Assembly (NCBI RefSeq): GCF_018977255.1
Contig: NW_024704768.1
Span: 2,914,001 to 2,978,000, forward strand
Source of the DNA: Callorhinchus milii
Lineage: Eukaryota
Direction: 5' to 3'
DNA: 64,000 nucleotides
The translations under genes were made by a program, and so were the position numbers. The notes beneath the pieces were generated by a model. It was not told the DNA's origin. It saw only the letters and a program-made list of their open reading frames with translations, and did no database searches. This document shows positions 24,401-35,200 of this stretch, piece after piece (position 1 is the stretch's first letter; every line of letters begins with the position of its first letter).

Positions 24401-25155
24401 TGTGGGGGGGGGCACGTTCGGTTGCTTTTCCCCACCCCCCCCCCAACTCCGTTGACCCCTCCCGTGGCAAATTGGGGTGGGGGGGCGGGGGTGGGGTGGG
24501 GGTGGGTTCCAGCTACGAATCGAACCCGCGGAGCTTTCCCAGAACAACTCAAGCGAAGTGAAGGGGCGTTTTACACGAGCGGCTGCGCCAAAGGCGACGA
24601 TTGTGCCGTTGGCTGATTGCAGGAACGCCGAACTGAACCAAGAGCAGAAGGGATCGGTCACGGTCATGAGAAACCTGGAGCAAATGGCCGCGCACAGGGC
24701 AACCCGGTGGCTAAGGCAGACGGAGGAAAACGAGAGGGCGGACGCTGTTCGTGAGACGGAGCCGGCGAGTAAGAAACGTGGCTCTGTTTCATCTCTTAAC
24801 CGAAGTCTGTGAACCATCCGATCGCGCTGATGTAACCCGGTATTGAAGCCGAGCGTGCGCAAGAGCTTGGGTCACCAAACCCCCGACCGTTGGCGCGATC
24901 GGCTGCCGCGTTTCGCCCACGAAAAGCCGGACGGAACCTTTCCCCGATTCGAAATGCCGTGGGGGAGTTTAATGTGTATTCCGCCAACGACCGATGCGGT
25001 CAATTCGCTTCACAGTCCCTCCCGTGAAGCGCTTTGAGACGTCGCGAAGACCCGATAAGGCTCTCGCGTCGAAAACGCAAGGGTTGGTGCTCCTTCTAAT
25101 CTGATTTTTATCATTTGCAGATCCAACGCAGAATGCCCAGAAGGTTAAAGACTAG
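17807..25155 (+). CDS. Pleckstrin homology domain family A member 3-like (FAPP1-type PI4P/ARF adaptor), no GLTP domain, about 276 aa; start codon lost in the gap
   Basis: Exons: <17807-17839 ([11 protein letters not shown]), 18773-18889 ([39 protein letters not shown]), 20437-20592 ([43 protein letters not shown]; TACTAAC branch point at 20410), 22498-22634 ([19 protein letters not shown]), 23595-23753 ([22 protein letters not shown]), 24331-24371 (VRRSVSHTG), and probably 24623-24768 and 25121-25155 (TAG). The last two exons are lower confidence. Candidate AATAAA signals at about 27524 and 27645. Confidence 0.88.
19262..19670. repeat. C-rich minisatellite, about 15-bp unit CCCTGCCCTCCCTAC
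   Basis: Directly visible; produces the [10 protein letters not shown] pseudo-ORFs. Confidence 0.95.
20745..21170 (-). mobile_element. Near full-length tRNA-derived SINE
   Basis: Reverse complement has head (tagctcggtggttagagccctctcgcctcgcaagcgagaggacctgggttcgattcc), body and tail. Confidence 0.85.
21435..21610 (-). mobile_element. Unclassified dispersed repeat, copy 1 of 3
   Basis: Reverse complement of ctccagcagttacccc..ttggctcttgccaacctgcgcctaatactctccggaattaggtaagc, shared with 47645-48006 and 54331-54483. Confidence 0.7.
21941..22352 (+). mobile_element. Full-length tRNA(Ala)-derived SINE with Deu-like body and L2-like tail
   Basis: A box tggctcagcggtt, anticodon arm ctcgc-ctcgcga-gcgag (CGC), B box ggttcgattcc, (CA)n, body, and tail hairpin gcgcctttgagacgtctc. 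Confidence 0.88.
23005..23365 (-). mobile_element. CR1 LINE 3' fragment inserted inside a SINE
   Basis: cataagaccataagacgtaggagcaggaggaggccattcggcccctcgagcctg is the reverse CR1 tail, followed by reverse ORF2 end ([10 protein letters not shown]-type). The SINE body stops at about 23004 and resumes at about 23370. Confidence 0.8.
23800..24250 (+). mobile_element. tRNA-derived SINE
   Basis: Head, (CA)n, body and tail all present. Confidence 0.85.
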
Positions 25156-25759
25156 ACTTTGTGGCCAGCGTCGACTGGGAATTGCGGAGGAAATTGCCCT
25201 CAACTCCCAGAGAGAAATTGGGTCAGGAGAAGCCAATCGAATGTGATTTTTTTTACACACACACACATATATATATATATACGTTGAGGAAGATGCTGAC
25301 GACACAAAGGCAACCCATTCTTTGCTGCCATCAGGAACATAACCAGAATTGGGTCCCTTTGCACAATCAAATTCCAGGGGGAAATTCAGGATGACAGAGA
25401 CGGGATGAGATCTCGGCAACTCGTTCATCTTGGAACCCGTACGAGGTCTCCACTGACCCGCTCGCGGTCAGTAACGAACCGCACCGGAGTTCCTTGTGTT
25501 TTACAAGACGCCCAATTTCTAACTGAATTTCCCTTTTCAGATATTACACTCCATTTTTGGGCGTCCACTTTACGTGGGGTGGGGGGGTGGTGGGGGGAAC
25601 GGTAGCCCGGGCTAATTGATTGTTTCTCTCCATCCTGATATAAAGAAAACTGCCATTTCTGCTAAACCCCTCTCTCCCGCCCCCCATCCCCCCACTCCCC
25701 CTCACACACACTCCCCAAAGAAATAAGCTTTCTCTTCTGCTAAGGAGAAAGTGGATTGT

Positions 25760-26128
25760 TTGGAGCGCTCGCCTCGCAAGCGAGAGGACCCGGGTTCGAT
25801 TCCCAGGCGGGTCAGGGCGAAACTTAAGGCAAATTTCCTCACTCCACACACACACACACACTCCATACACACGCACACGCCTGTGTTTACCAGCTGTAAG
25901 TAGGAACCCGGTTGTTAGTCGATCGACGGATCGCTTTTCCCGGGGCTAATAATCCCTCCAAAAATAATATAATAATTTAGTCGCTCAATCCACACGCGAT
26001 TGGCTGCTGCTTTTCGTCCCCAAAATATACAGTTAGTTTGTTTTACGATACATCCTGTGAAGCACTTTGAAACGTCTCCACAACGTGATAAGGCGCTGTA
26101 TCAAATGCAAGGATTATTATTATTATTA
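25760..26128 (+). mobile_element. tRNA-derived SINE in the likely 3'UTR of the PLEKHA3-like gene
   Basis: ctcgcctcgcaagcgagaggacccgggttcgattcc ... caaatgcaagga(tta)n. Confidence 0.85.
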
Positions 26129-27059
26129 AAAGTGCTACCGACCTGATTCGGAAAAGACTGCCCATTCCGAGAGTAAAGCCTCAAACTAACTCTGTGTTCA
26201 AAGCGAAATAGGACTAAACAGTAATACAAAGGAGTCTTATTAGGTGTCCATCTGGTATCATAACAGTTTGGTGAGCGCTTTACTTGATTATTTGAATCCC
26301 TTTACGTTGCGGTAGGGAAATGTTATCCATCTTGAAAGGGGGCAGGTGGAACACTTCCAAACACCTCGCGAGTAGAGTAAAGTTTGTGGCGCGTTGGAAA
26401 GGGATTCGTTCGTTTAACCATTTTGATGGTGTAGGGCTCAAATTCGAAAACACAAGTGCAAAACACTTCGTGAAAATGATCCTTGTCCAAACTGTGCAGC
26501 GTTCATAGAAAGTCACCCCAAAAATATACAATCAATTCACTTTACAGTATTATATATCCTGTGAAGCGCTTTTGAGACGTCTCGAAGATGTGATAAGGCG
26601 CTTCATCAATTGCAAGGATTATTATTATTATTATTATTAAACTGTTGCATCGACATATTTTGTGAGTTTAGTGGGAATACCGTATTTCCTTTTGAGTCTG
26701 AAAACACTCCCTCCACTCCTTGCGCTGTTTGTCCATGTTATGGGAGAGTCAAACGAGGAGTTGAGGCAAGAGTTGGCGACGTGCCTTATTTGTGGAAATA
26801 ACTTGAGCGCTTCAATCCCCGACTGTTTGCGGGGGAACGCTGCTGTGCGCAATTGGCTGCCGGGTTTCGCACACAAATATACAGTCACTTCACTTCACAG
26901 TATAGTCTGTGAAGCGCGTTGAGACGTCTCGATGTGATAAGGCGCTATATCAAATGCAATAGATATTATTATAATGTGTGTATATATATATATATTTGTA
27001 TCCCATTATGTCAAATGTGTTACGCTTCATTTTTGCCTGAAGTGCTTTTTTTTAATAGA

Positions 27060-27156
27060 AACGGAAGTCGCTGGAAACACTCAGCAGGTCAGGCAGCATC
27101 TATGGAGAGAGGAAAATTAGTTAATGTTTCAGGTGAATGACCTTTCATCAGAACTT
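27060..27156 (-). mobile_element. Short Penelope-associated-type repeat carrying a minimal hammerhead core
   Basis: Minus strand reads agttCTGATGAaaggtcattcacctGAAAcattaact..ctctccatagatgctgcctgacctgctgagtgtttccagc, a motif I recognise from cartilaginous-fish short repeats. Confidence 0.6.
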
Positions 27157-28299
27157 GTGTTTTTTAATGTTGGGGTTACGGTAATTTTTTAATTTGTTTC
27201 TCTGTCTTAACTGACCATTTCTTGGAATATTTTACTATATATATATATATGTATAAAAAAAGTTTCTATTTTCGCCTTTGGGCTTGAAAAGAAGAAAATG
27301 GAAAAGTTTCATTTAAAAAACTACAATGTTTTTAGAAAGTAAGGGAAAGAAAAGTAGTCAGAATAGCAATTTTTTTTTCCAATTTGGCTGTTCTGGTCTA
27401 TTACAATGTGAAGTAAAACAAATTATAATTACCGTGGCCTTTCTGCACTATGTCTATTTTATTCTTAAATGAGTCCCAATTTCCCCCAAGAAAATGTTTT
27501 GATATTTTTTCATCAGCAAGGAAAATAAATACATCGATTCGAAGAATATACCTCAGCTTTTCCTGTGTAAAAAAAAATGCTATTTTGTAAAACCTTCATA
27601 TATCCCCATTTACTTTTGTACGAGGGCTGTAAATGTCACAGATAAATAAAGAGTGGTTGTCGTTTGGTCAAAATCTTTTGCGCAGTTTGTAGTCGAAGTC
27701 CGATGAAAACAATGGTTTGTGATGTTTGGCTACGGAGAAGCCACTGTCATTTGGGTCTCGAACTAACTCATTAAAAGTTGAAACGCTCCATGACCACCAT
27801 CGACGGTCAGGCCTTCACCCTCTCCGCCCCCACCCTCTGGCACCCCGTCCCACAGTCCTTCCGCCTCGCTCCCTCCCTCACCTTCAAGGCCCGCCTCAAG
27901 ACCCTCCTCTTCGACCGCGCCTTTGGTCACCCTCCTACCCCCACCCCAGCCTTGCCCTGCCCTCCATTCCACCTGATCCCAACGCCCATGCCCCTCCCTC
28001 CCCTGGCTCGGGTCTACTGTCCAGCGCCTTGGGACGTACACTGGACGTATGGAGTCCTGTAGGTCAGTGGTTAGAGCCCTCTTGCCTCGCAAGCGAGAGG
28101 ACCCGGGTTCGATTCCCGGGCGGGTCAGAACACGCAGTCACTACACTTGACTTGACATGTCCCGCGGAGCGCTTTGAGACGTCTCGAAGACCGTGATAAG
28201 GCGCCGGGACAAATGCCAGGGATTATTATTGTTATCATCATCATCATCCTCCTCCTCATCCTCATCCCATCAATTGGAATGAACATGGACTTGGGTACC

Positions 28300-28825
28300 A
28301 GCGTGCGCAGTCGTCTACTGCGCAGCTGCGGCGGAGGAGCTTGGTGACGAAGCGGTTAATACGCCGAGTCGCGGAGGAGGAGGCGGGGAAACCGCCGAAT
28401 CGGGCGGTATTGGGCTGGTTGGGCGGCATTAAGAACCCGCCTCCACCCCCCCCAACCCAGTTGGGCTGGTTGGGGGAGGAGGGCGGGGCATCGGAGAAGC
28501 CGCCCTCTCCTGATTGGGCGGGCTGGTAGGTGATGGGCGGGGCATTGGAGAACCTCCCTCTCCTGATTGGGCGGGCTGGTAGGTGGTGGGCGGGGAATTG
28601 AAGAACCCCCTCTCCTGATTGGGCGGGCCGGTAGGTGGTGGGCGGGGTATTGGAGAACCCCCTCTCCTGATTGGGCAGACTGGTGAGTGGTGGGCGGGGT
28701 ATTGAAGAACCCCCCTCTCCTGATTGGAAGGGCTGGTAGGTGGGTGGGTGCGCGGGGGAGGCGGGACATTGTAGGACCCGCCCCCCGATTGGGCCGTTGG
28801 GCGCGTGGCTCCGCCGGAAGTGAAG
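28300..28825 (+). promoter_or_regulatory. TARBP2 promoter: NRF1-like TGCGCA motifs, tandem CCAAT+GC-box units, ETS site CCGGAAGT
   Basis: tgcgcag..ctgcgcag at about 28304-28325; ATTGG at 28513, 28566, 28618, 28670, 28723 and 28788; ccggaagtg at 28814-28822. CpG-rich, about 420 bp upstream of the ATG. Confidence 0.8.
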
Positions 28826-29242
28826 GGCTGTCCGTCCGGCCGTCCTGGCGAGCGGGAAGGCGGCAGAGAGAGCGAGAGGGGCGTCAGGGAGGGGGTGAAG
28901 GGGGGATTTTTTTTTGTTTGTTTGTTCTTTATTCCCCCCCCACCGCCACCCTCCAACCTCCCCAACCCTTTTCCCTCTCCTCTCCGGCCTTTTTCTTTCG
29001 GTCGCGTAAGGGTTCGGGAGGGAGACAGTGAGGGAAGGAGGGGGCGGGTGGTGGGGGGGAGGGTCGACCGACCGATCGACCGACCGACCGGCGCCGATGT
29101 CGGAGCCGGTTGTGAGGTGAGGGAGTCGTTTACCTCAGGAGGAGGAGGAGGAGGAGAGAAAGACCGGGCGCCCCCACCTCCTCTCTCTCTCTCCCTCCCT
29201 CCCTCTCTCCCCCCCCCCCGCCCGCTGGTAGGGGCGTCTGGG

Positions 29243-32200
29243 ATGACGGAGGATCGGGCCGCTGCTGCAGCCAAGAAGAACCCCAGCTGTCCCAGGTGAG
29301 ACCCCCGCCCCCCCCCCCTCCCCCTGAACCCTCCCCCTGAACCCCCCCCACCCTCCCCTGAACCCCCACCCTCCCCCTGAACCCCCCCCACCCTCCCCCT
29401 GAACCCCCCCCCTCCCCTGAACCCCCCCACCCTCTCCCTGAACCCCCACCCTCCCCCTGAACCCCCCCCCCCACCCTCCCCCTGAACCCCCCTCCCCCTG
29501 AACCCCCCCTCCCCCTGAACCCCACCCTCCCCTGAACACCCCCCCGACCAATCCATCCACCCCCCCCCCTGAACCCCCGACCACCCCCCCACAATACACC
29601 CACCCTCTGGCTCTCCTCCACCACCCCACACCCTTCCGAACCCCCTTTCTCGCATCCACCCATCCCACCTGAACCCCCTCCCCCCACCCCTTGCTTAACC
29701 ACTCCCACCACACCACTCCCTCCCCCCCACCCCGAAGCCCTTCCCCCACACTCCACCCCACCCCCACAATGCACCCACACTCTCGCTCTCCTCCACACCC
29801 CCCACCCCCCCTCAGGTGGGGATAGCGTTCCCGGAGAGCTTGACGGTGGCGGAGTCTGACCCCGAGCCGGGGGGAGGGGGGAAGTGACCGGAGCCCGATC
29901 AACAAGGAAGGTCTTTAGGTGGGACTTGAAGGTGGGGAGGGAGAGGGGGGGGCCGAGGCGGAGGGCATCGAGGGAGAGAGAGTTCCAGAGTTTCGGGGCG
30001 CAGTGGCTGAAGGCCGACGGAGGAGCAGAGGGGACGAGCGGAGGCAGCGGGCGGGGGAGTCGGGAGGTGGTGGGGGAGGGGGGGGGCGGGTAGGCGGGTC
30101 GGAGCGGTGGGGAGGCGCGAGGGCACGAAGGGGTTTGAGAGCGAGTGAGGGGATCTCGAAGTCGATCCGTTCGGTGATCGGGAGCCGGCGAAGGGCTGGC
30201 GTGAAGGGGTCTGGAACTCTCTCCCTCAATCCCAGCCTCCGCCTTGCCCCCCGCCACCCCCTCCCCCCCCCCCCACTTCCCCTATTTCAGATCACGACCG
30301 AAGACTTTCCTCGTCCACCGTGCTTACGGTCACCTCCCCCCCCCCCCCCCCCCACCGTCCCTGCCCGGCGTCGGGCTCTAGCGATGTCAAGAGCTCAGAG
30401 ACAACACCCCGCTTGAAGGGAGCTACGCAACTGCAAGTTGTCGCCTCTCTCTTTGTCCCCTCTTGACCAGAGGGGGACAGCTTGCCGGGGTTTCGGTACT
30501 AAAAGGAGAGCCAGCTGCCTGCTCGCCTCCGAGTGCCCTGGTTACGCGGTGGTTAATACGACTAGAGCACATAAATTTAAGTGTAAAACATACCCAAGTT
30601 GGTCTATTGAACAGAACTTAAATGCACCTTGGTGCACTGGGAAAGAGATGGCCGTACGAGACGTTAAACCGAGCTCCCCTTCTGTACACGTTCAGGTGGA
30701 TGTGAAAGATCCCGTGACACTCTTCGAAAAGAGAAGGGAAGGGAGCTTCTCTTTTCCTGGTGTCCTGGCCGATAGTGGCCTCCAAATAAAATTGGTCGCC
30801 GACTTTTATTGCTGTTTGTGGGACATTGCTGTGCACAAATTGTCACTCAGATTTTCTTCGGGAAAAGCCCGAAAAATGTTTTTGCTATTACGCGCCTCTG
30901 TGTGTGCACGTGGTTTTATGCGTACTCGTGTCTCTCTTTTTATATAATATTACAAAGAACATTATTCTTTACAATGTGAAAAAGAAGATCGGACACAGCT
31001 TATTCTCCATCAAATCCTGTAAGAAAATTGTATTCTTTCCAAATCAGTATTGAGCAAATGCTGGCCTCAAACCCTGGGAAGACACCCATTAGTTTACTGC
31101 AGGAGTATGGAACCAGGATTGGAAAGACACCGGTGTATGACTTGCTGAAAGCCGAGGGCCAAGCACACCAACCAAACTTCACTTTCCGAGTGACAGTCGG
31201 TGACATAAACTGCACAGGTCTGTTTGCATTTCAACTTTTTTCAGAGTACATCTTCAGTTTGGAATGAACTCTTAAAAATGCAGAAAGCGTATCAAGTTCT
31301 CTGCTTTGTTTCGCCCACAATATATACAGTCACTACACTTTACAGTATATCCTGTGAAGTGCTTTTGAGACGTCTCGACTACATGATGAGGCGTTATATC
31401 AAATGCAAGGATTATTATTATTCGTTCAATGCTTGTGTTCATTTTAGTTAGAAGTTGTATTTACTGTGTGTCATTCCAGTCAGTACAGCATTTATGTATG
31501 AAGAATATAGTCGTGAGGTCAGTGTGCAAAGTGAAGTGCAAAGTATGTCATTAAAAAGACCCCAAGTCAGATCACTACTCGTGGACGCCAGAGAATCGAG
31601 CATTGATTTCAGGGAGAAAATCTTCATTTTTTTGGATTGCATCCTTTCTGGGAGAAATAATTTACTTCTGGAGCGGTAATCCCTTTCAAAAGAAAAGTTC
31701 TCAGCACAGTCGTTCTATCAGTTATTGACTGAATCTCTGAAGTGTAGCTGATATATAGTCCAAAGTTTGTATTATTGCAGGTTTGCCGTCACAGCTCTGT
31801 TTTTACTTTACTTGTGACAAGTATTGCAACCTTTCTCTCCCCCCCCCCCCCCCACCCTGACCATTTTGTCAGATTTGCCAATTATATTTGTCAGATATAC
31901 AAAATGCCCACAAACTACAGTCACTACACCTTACAACATATGCCATGAAGCACTTTAAGCAGTCTTGAAGACCTGATAAGGCTTTATATCAAATGCAAGG
32001 ATTATTATTTATATATATTACTATTATCTCCCCATACTGTTAGGTCCTGACACACAGTAACATCACTGGCCAAGTTTGCATGCAAAATGCACTGTTAAAA
32101 CGTCCGTGTAAAATGATACAAAGGACGCAATTGATATCAAGCACGGGTTAGGAATGATTATTTTGGTAGCTGGGAGCGGACTGTTCACATCTTTCTCAAG

Positions 32201-35200
32201 GATTCGGTCAATCCCTCATCAGTAACCTTCAGAGTCGGGGTAAAATTGTGTGGCCTTAAAAACCTGGAGTCTTGTCTCCTGCTGAGGATATGTTCCAATC
32301 TTGCTTCGTCTTAGTGCCTGATTTGTTCTATTTCCGTTCTCTTGCCTCAGGTCAAGGACCAAGCAAAAAGGCAGCAAAGCATAAGGCTGCAGAAGCTGCC
32401 CTGAAATTATTAAAGGGAGGAAACATGTTGGAGCCTATGGGAGATGGAGTTAAGTATGTGAATAACTGCCTTGAAATATTTTCATTATATTTTGCACCGG
32501 GTAAAAAAAAAAGGTCTTAACACTCTTCATTTTTTGATTTATATTTAAAAAAATGCTTCTTTCCTTGTATTTAAGCGCTCGACGACGCTGTCCATCTTGA
32601 AGGGTGCTATATAAGTGCAAGTTGTTGTTGTTATTTGGAGGCATAACCATCAACAGGTTGGACCAGTGTCAGGAAGCTATTTGTGAACAAGAGGGAATCG
32701 GAATCTCACTGTGCAAGCCCTTTCTCCCGTCACAAGGAGCCATAATATCTTCAGACGGATTAAAATGAATCTTGCCAAGTCGCACGCCTTACAATATAAT
32801 TACTGTCACATCTGTACCCAGTGTTAAACATCCTGACCTTGCTCCTTTTTAATAACTTTTTTTTTGTCAGAAATTGTTGCTTCCTCTGCCCCGCCGTCGC
32901 ACCAACATTTTTCTCCATGTTTGACTCGACAGTTGAAATGCGATGCTCTTCGGAGTCGATAGGATTTTGGGAGACTTTCACCTGATGTGTTTTTGCTTGT
33001 TGGTGGAAAAATTAGGGTTGTTTCATCGCCGTTCAATGCGACAAGTGGAATGACTACTGTTGGAGCCAGAGTTAATCCAGACTTTTTTTCTGCAGTGCAT
33101 AGCAGCAAAAGATATAGGCAATTATGTCCTATAAATATCCTGTCTGCTAATCTTTTGACACATGGGTCTTAATTCCATACAGCAGATCAGCGGGACTGTA
33201 AAAGATTAGCGTGCCAAGATCATGCTACTGTTGACCATTCCTTTCCCAGTACACCAAGGTACTTTTAAGTTCTGTTCAATCGACCACGAAGCACGTTTCA
33301 GATTTAATGAAGGAGTCTTGATCTGGAAATTCTAATCCTTAATTTCTTTTCCAATTCTGCATTCCTCATGATCAAAAATTGTTTCTTTTCAGGATCTCTG
33401 CGACTGAATCCAAAAGCTCAAACTCTGCCCAGCAGGCCGAATGTAACCCTGTAGGAGCACTGCAGGTATTTAAGCGCTCTGAGATGCTATCCTACATGAA
33501 GTTGTTATTTATAGAGTCTGGCGAAGGTAAAACATTTTGATAAAAACTCTTTTATTCTCTTACCCCACTCCCCTCTCCCCGTGGCTCTGGGTGGGTAGGT
33601 GCACAACAGTGTGATGGAGATGGGAGATGGAGTTAAGTATGTGAATAACTATCTTTAAATATTTTCATTATATTTTGTACAGGAAAAAAAAAAGGTCTTA
33701 ACACTTAATTTTTTGATTTTAAAAAAAAAGCTTATTATGTGAAATGCTCGGGCACTATCAGGAGTGTTCCACTTAGTGTGTTCTCTTTCTCTCCAGGAGC
33801 TGGTCGTTCAGAAGGGATGGCGGCTGCCAGAGTATACAGTGACTCAGGAATCTGGTCCTGCCCATAGGAAGGAGTTCACCATGACTTGCAGAGTAGAAAG
33901 ATTCCTGGAGATAGGTACAGACAGACTTTCAGCCGTTCCCCAATTAATGCAATCTATGCGTATCTGTCACTGCTGTGCTGCTTTATAAATAGTGAACACA
34001 GTAGAACACACTTTAGACCAAGCCCTCTGTGAGGAGGCGTGCGTGCGTGAGGGGTGCACATAAATGCACATTTGTTGTTAGCCCGGCGGATTGGTTTTGT
34101 CCGGCCGTTTCCGTCTTTACTGCTTTACCTCTCGGCTACGCCTCTCTTCTGGTCAGTCTCCGTGATGCAGCGCGCAGAGTGACAGGAAGAGCCGGGGAGC
34201 AGGAGGTATTTGGGAAATAGAGAAATAGAAAACTGTAAGTGGGTTGTGGATTATTTGTTTATTGAAAGTAATGGAAAACCTTCAATGCCTTGCTTGTTTG
34301 CCCACAAAACACACAGTCACTACCCTTTGCAGTGTATTCTATGAGGCGCTTTGAGACGTCTCAAAGACATGAAAGGGAGCTATATCAAATGGGGTATCTG
34401 ATCGTGTGTGTTAGATTTTTACAATTTTTGGGTGTGAATGAATTACTACTTCATTTTTCCTGCCGGTTTGCCCATTGCAGGAAGCGGGACTTCAAAGAAG
34501 CTGGCAAAACGGAACGCTGCAGCGAAGATGTTGGCAAGGATCCACGATGTACCAGTGGATCACAGGGACGGGAACGAAGTCGAGCCCGAAGATGACCAGT
34601 TCTCCATCGTAAGTCGCCAAAAACCGAACGAAACTTGAGAAGAGCTGGACAGATTTGTTGAGAAGGTCGCCAGTGTTAATAATCATAGAATCATACAGCA
34701 CAAAAGGAGGCCATTCGACCTATCATCTCATGCGGCTCTTTGAAATAACTGTCCCCTACTCTCCCCATAGCCTTGCAAATTTGTCCTCCCCAAATATCTA
34801 GCCACTTTTCTCTTGAAAGTTGTTATCGAATCTGCTTCCATCACCCTGTCAGGCAGTGCATTCCAGATCCGAACAACAGCATTATTATAGTAATAATCCT
34901 TGCATTTGATATAGCACCTTATCACGTCTTCAAGATGCTTCCAAGCGTTTCACAGAATATACTGTATAAAGTGGATTGACTATATTTTGTGGGCGAAACG
35001 TGGCAGGCAATTGCGCACAGCAGTGTCCCACAAACTGTTTTTTCCCTGTTAAAATGTCAAAATGTCGTCTTCCCTCCAGTTGATAGGCAGCAAACTAGAC
35101 GGCCCAAGGGGCAAGAACACGTGTTGTACATGGGACTCGCTCCGAAACTCGGCCGGAGAAAGGATTCTGCATCTCAAGAGCCATCCGCTCAGTGTCATCA

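Noticed and set aside
24513-24561. Alternative terminal exon [16 protein letters not shown] for the PLEKHA3-like gene
   Set aside because: The acceptor is preceded by a G-rich tract, not a pyrimidine tract; 24623 gives a longer exon with a good donor. Not fully excluded.
17807-27700. Calling the PH-domain gene PLEKHA8/FAPP2
   Set aside because: No GLTP-domain exons were found before the poly(A) signals and the TARBP2 promoter; the C-terminal exon pattern (RSVSH) is FAPP1-like.
28429-30257. Gly-rich 256-408 aa minus-strand ORFs
   Set aside because: Products of C-rich minisatellite, promoter and L2 sequence antisense to TARBP2.
32180-32230. Second hammerhead-like motif on the minus strand (CUGAUGA-GGGAUU..AAUCCU-UGA-GAAA)
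   Set aside because: Three extra bases separate stem II from GAAA, and no stem I/III or cleavage triplet can be drawn.
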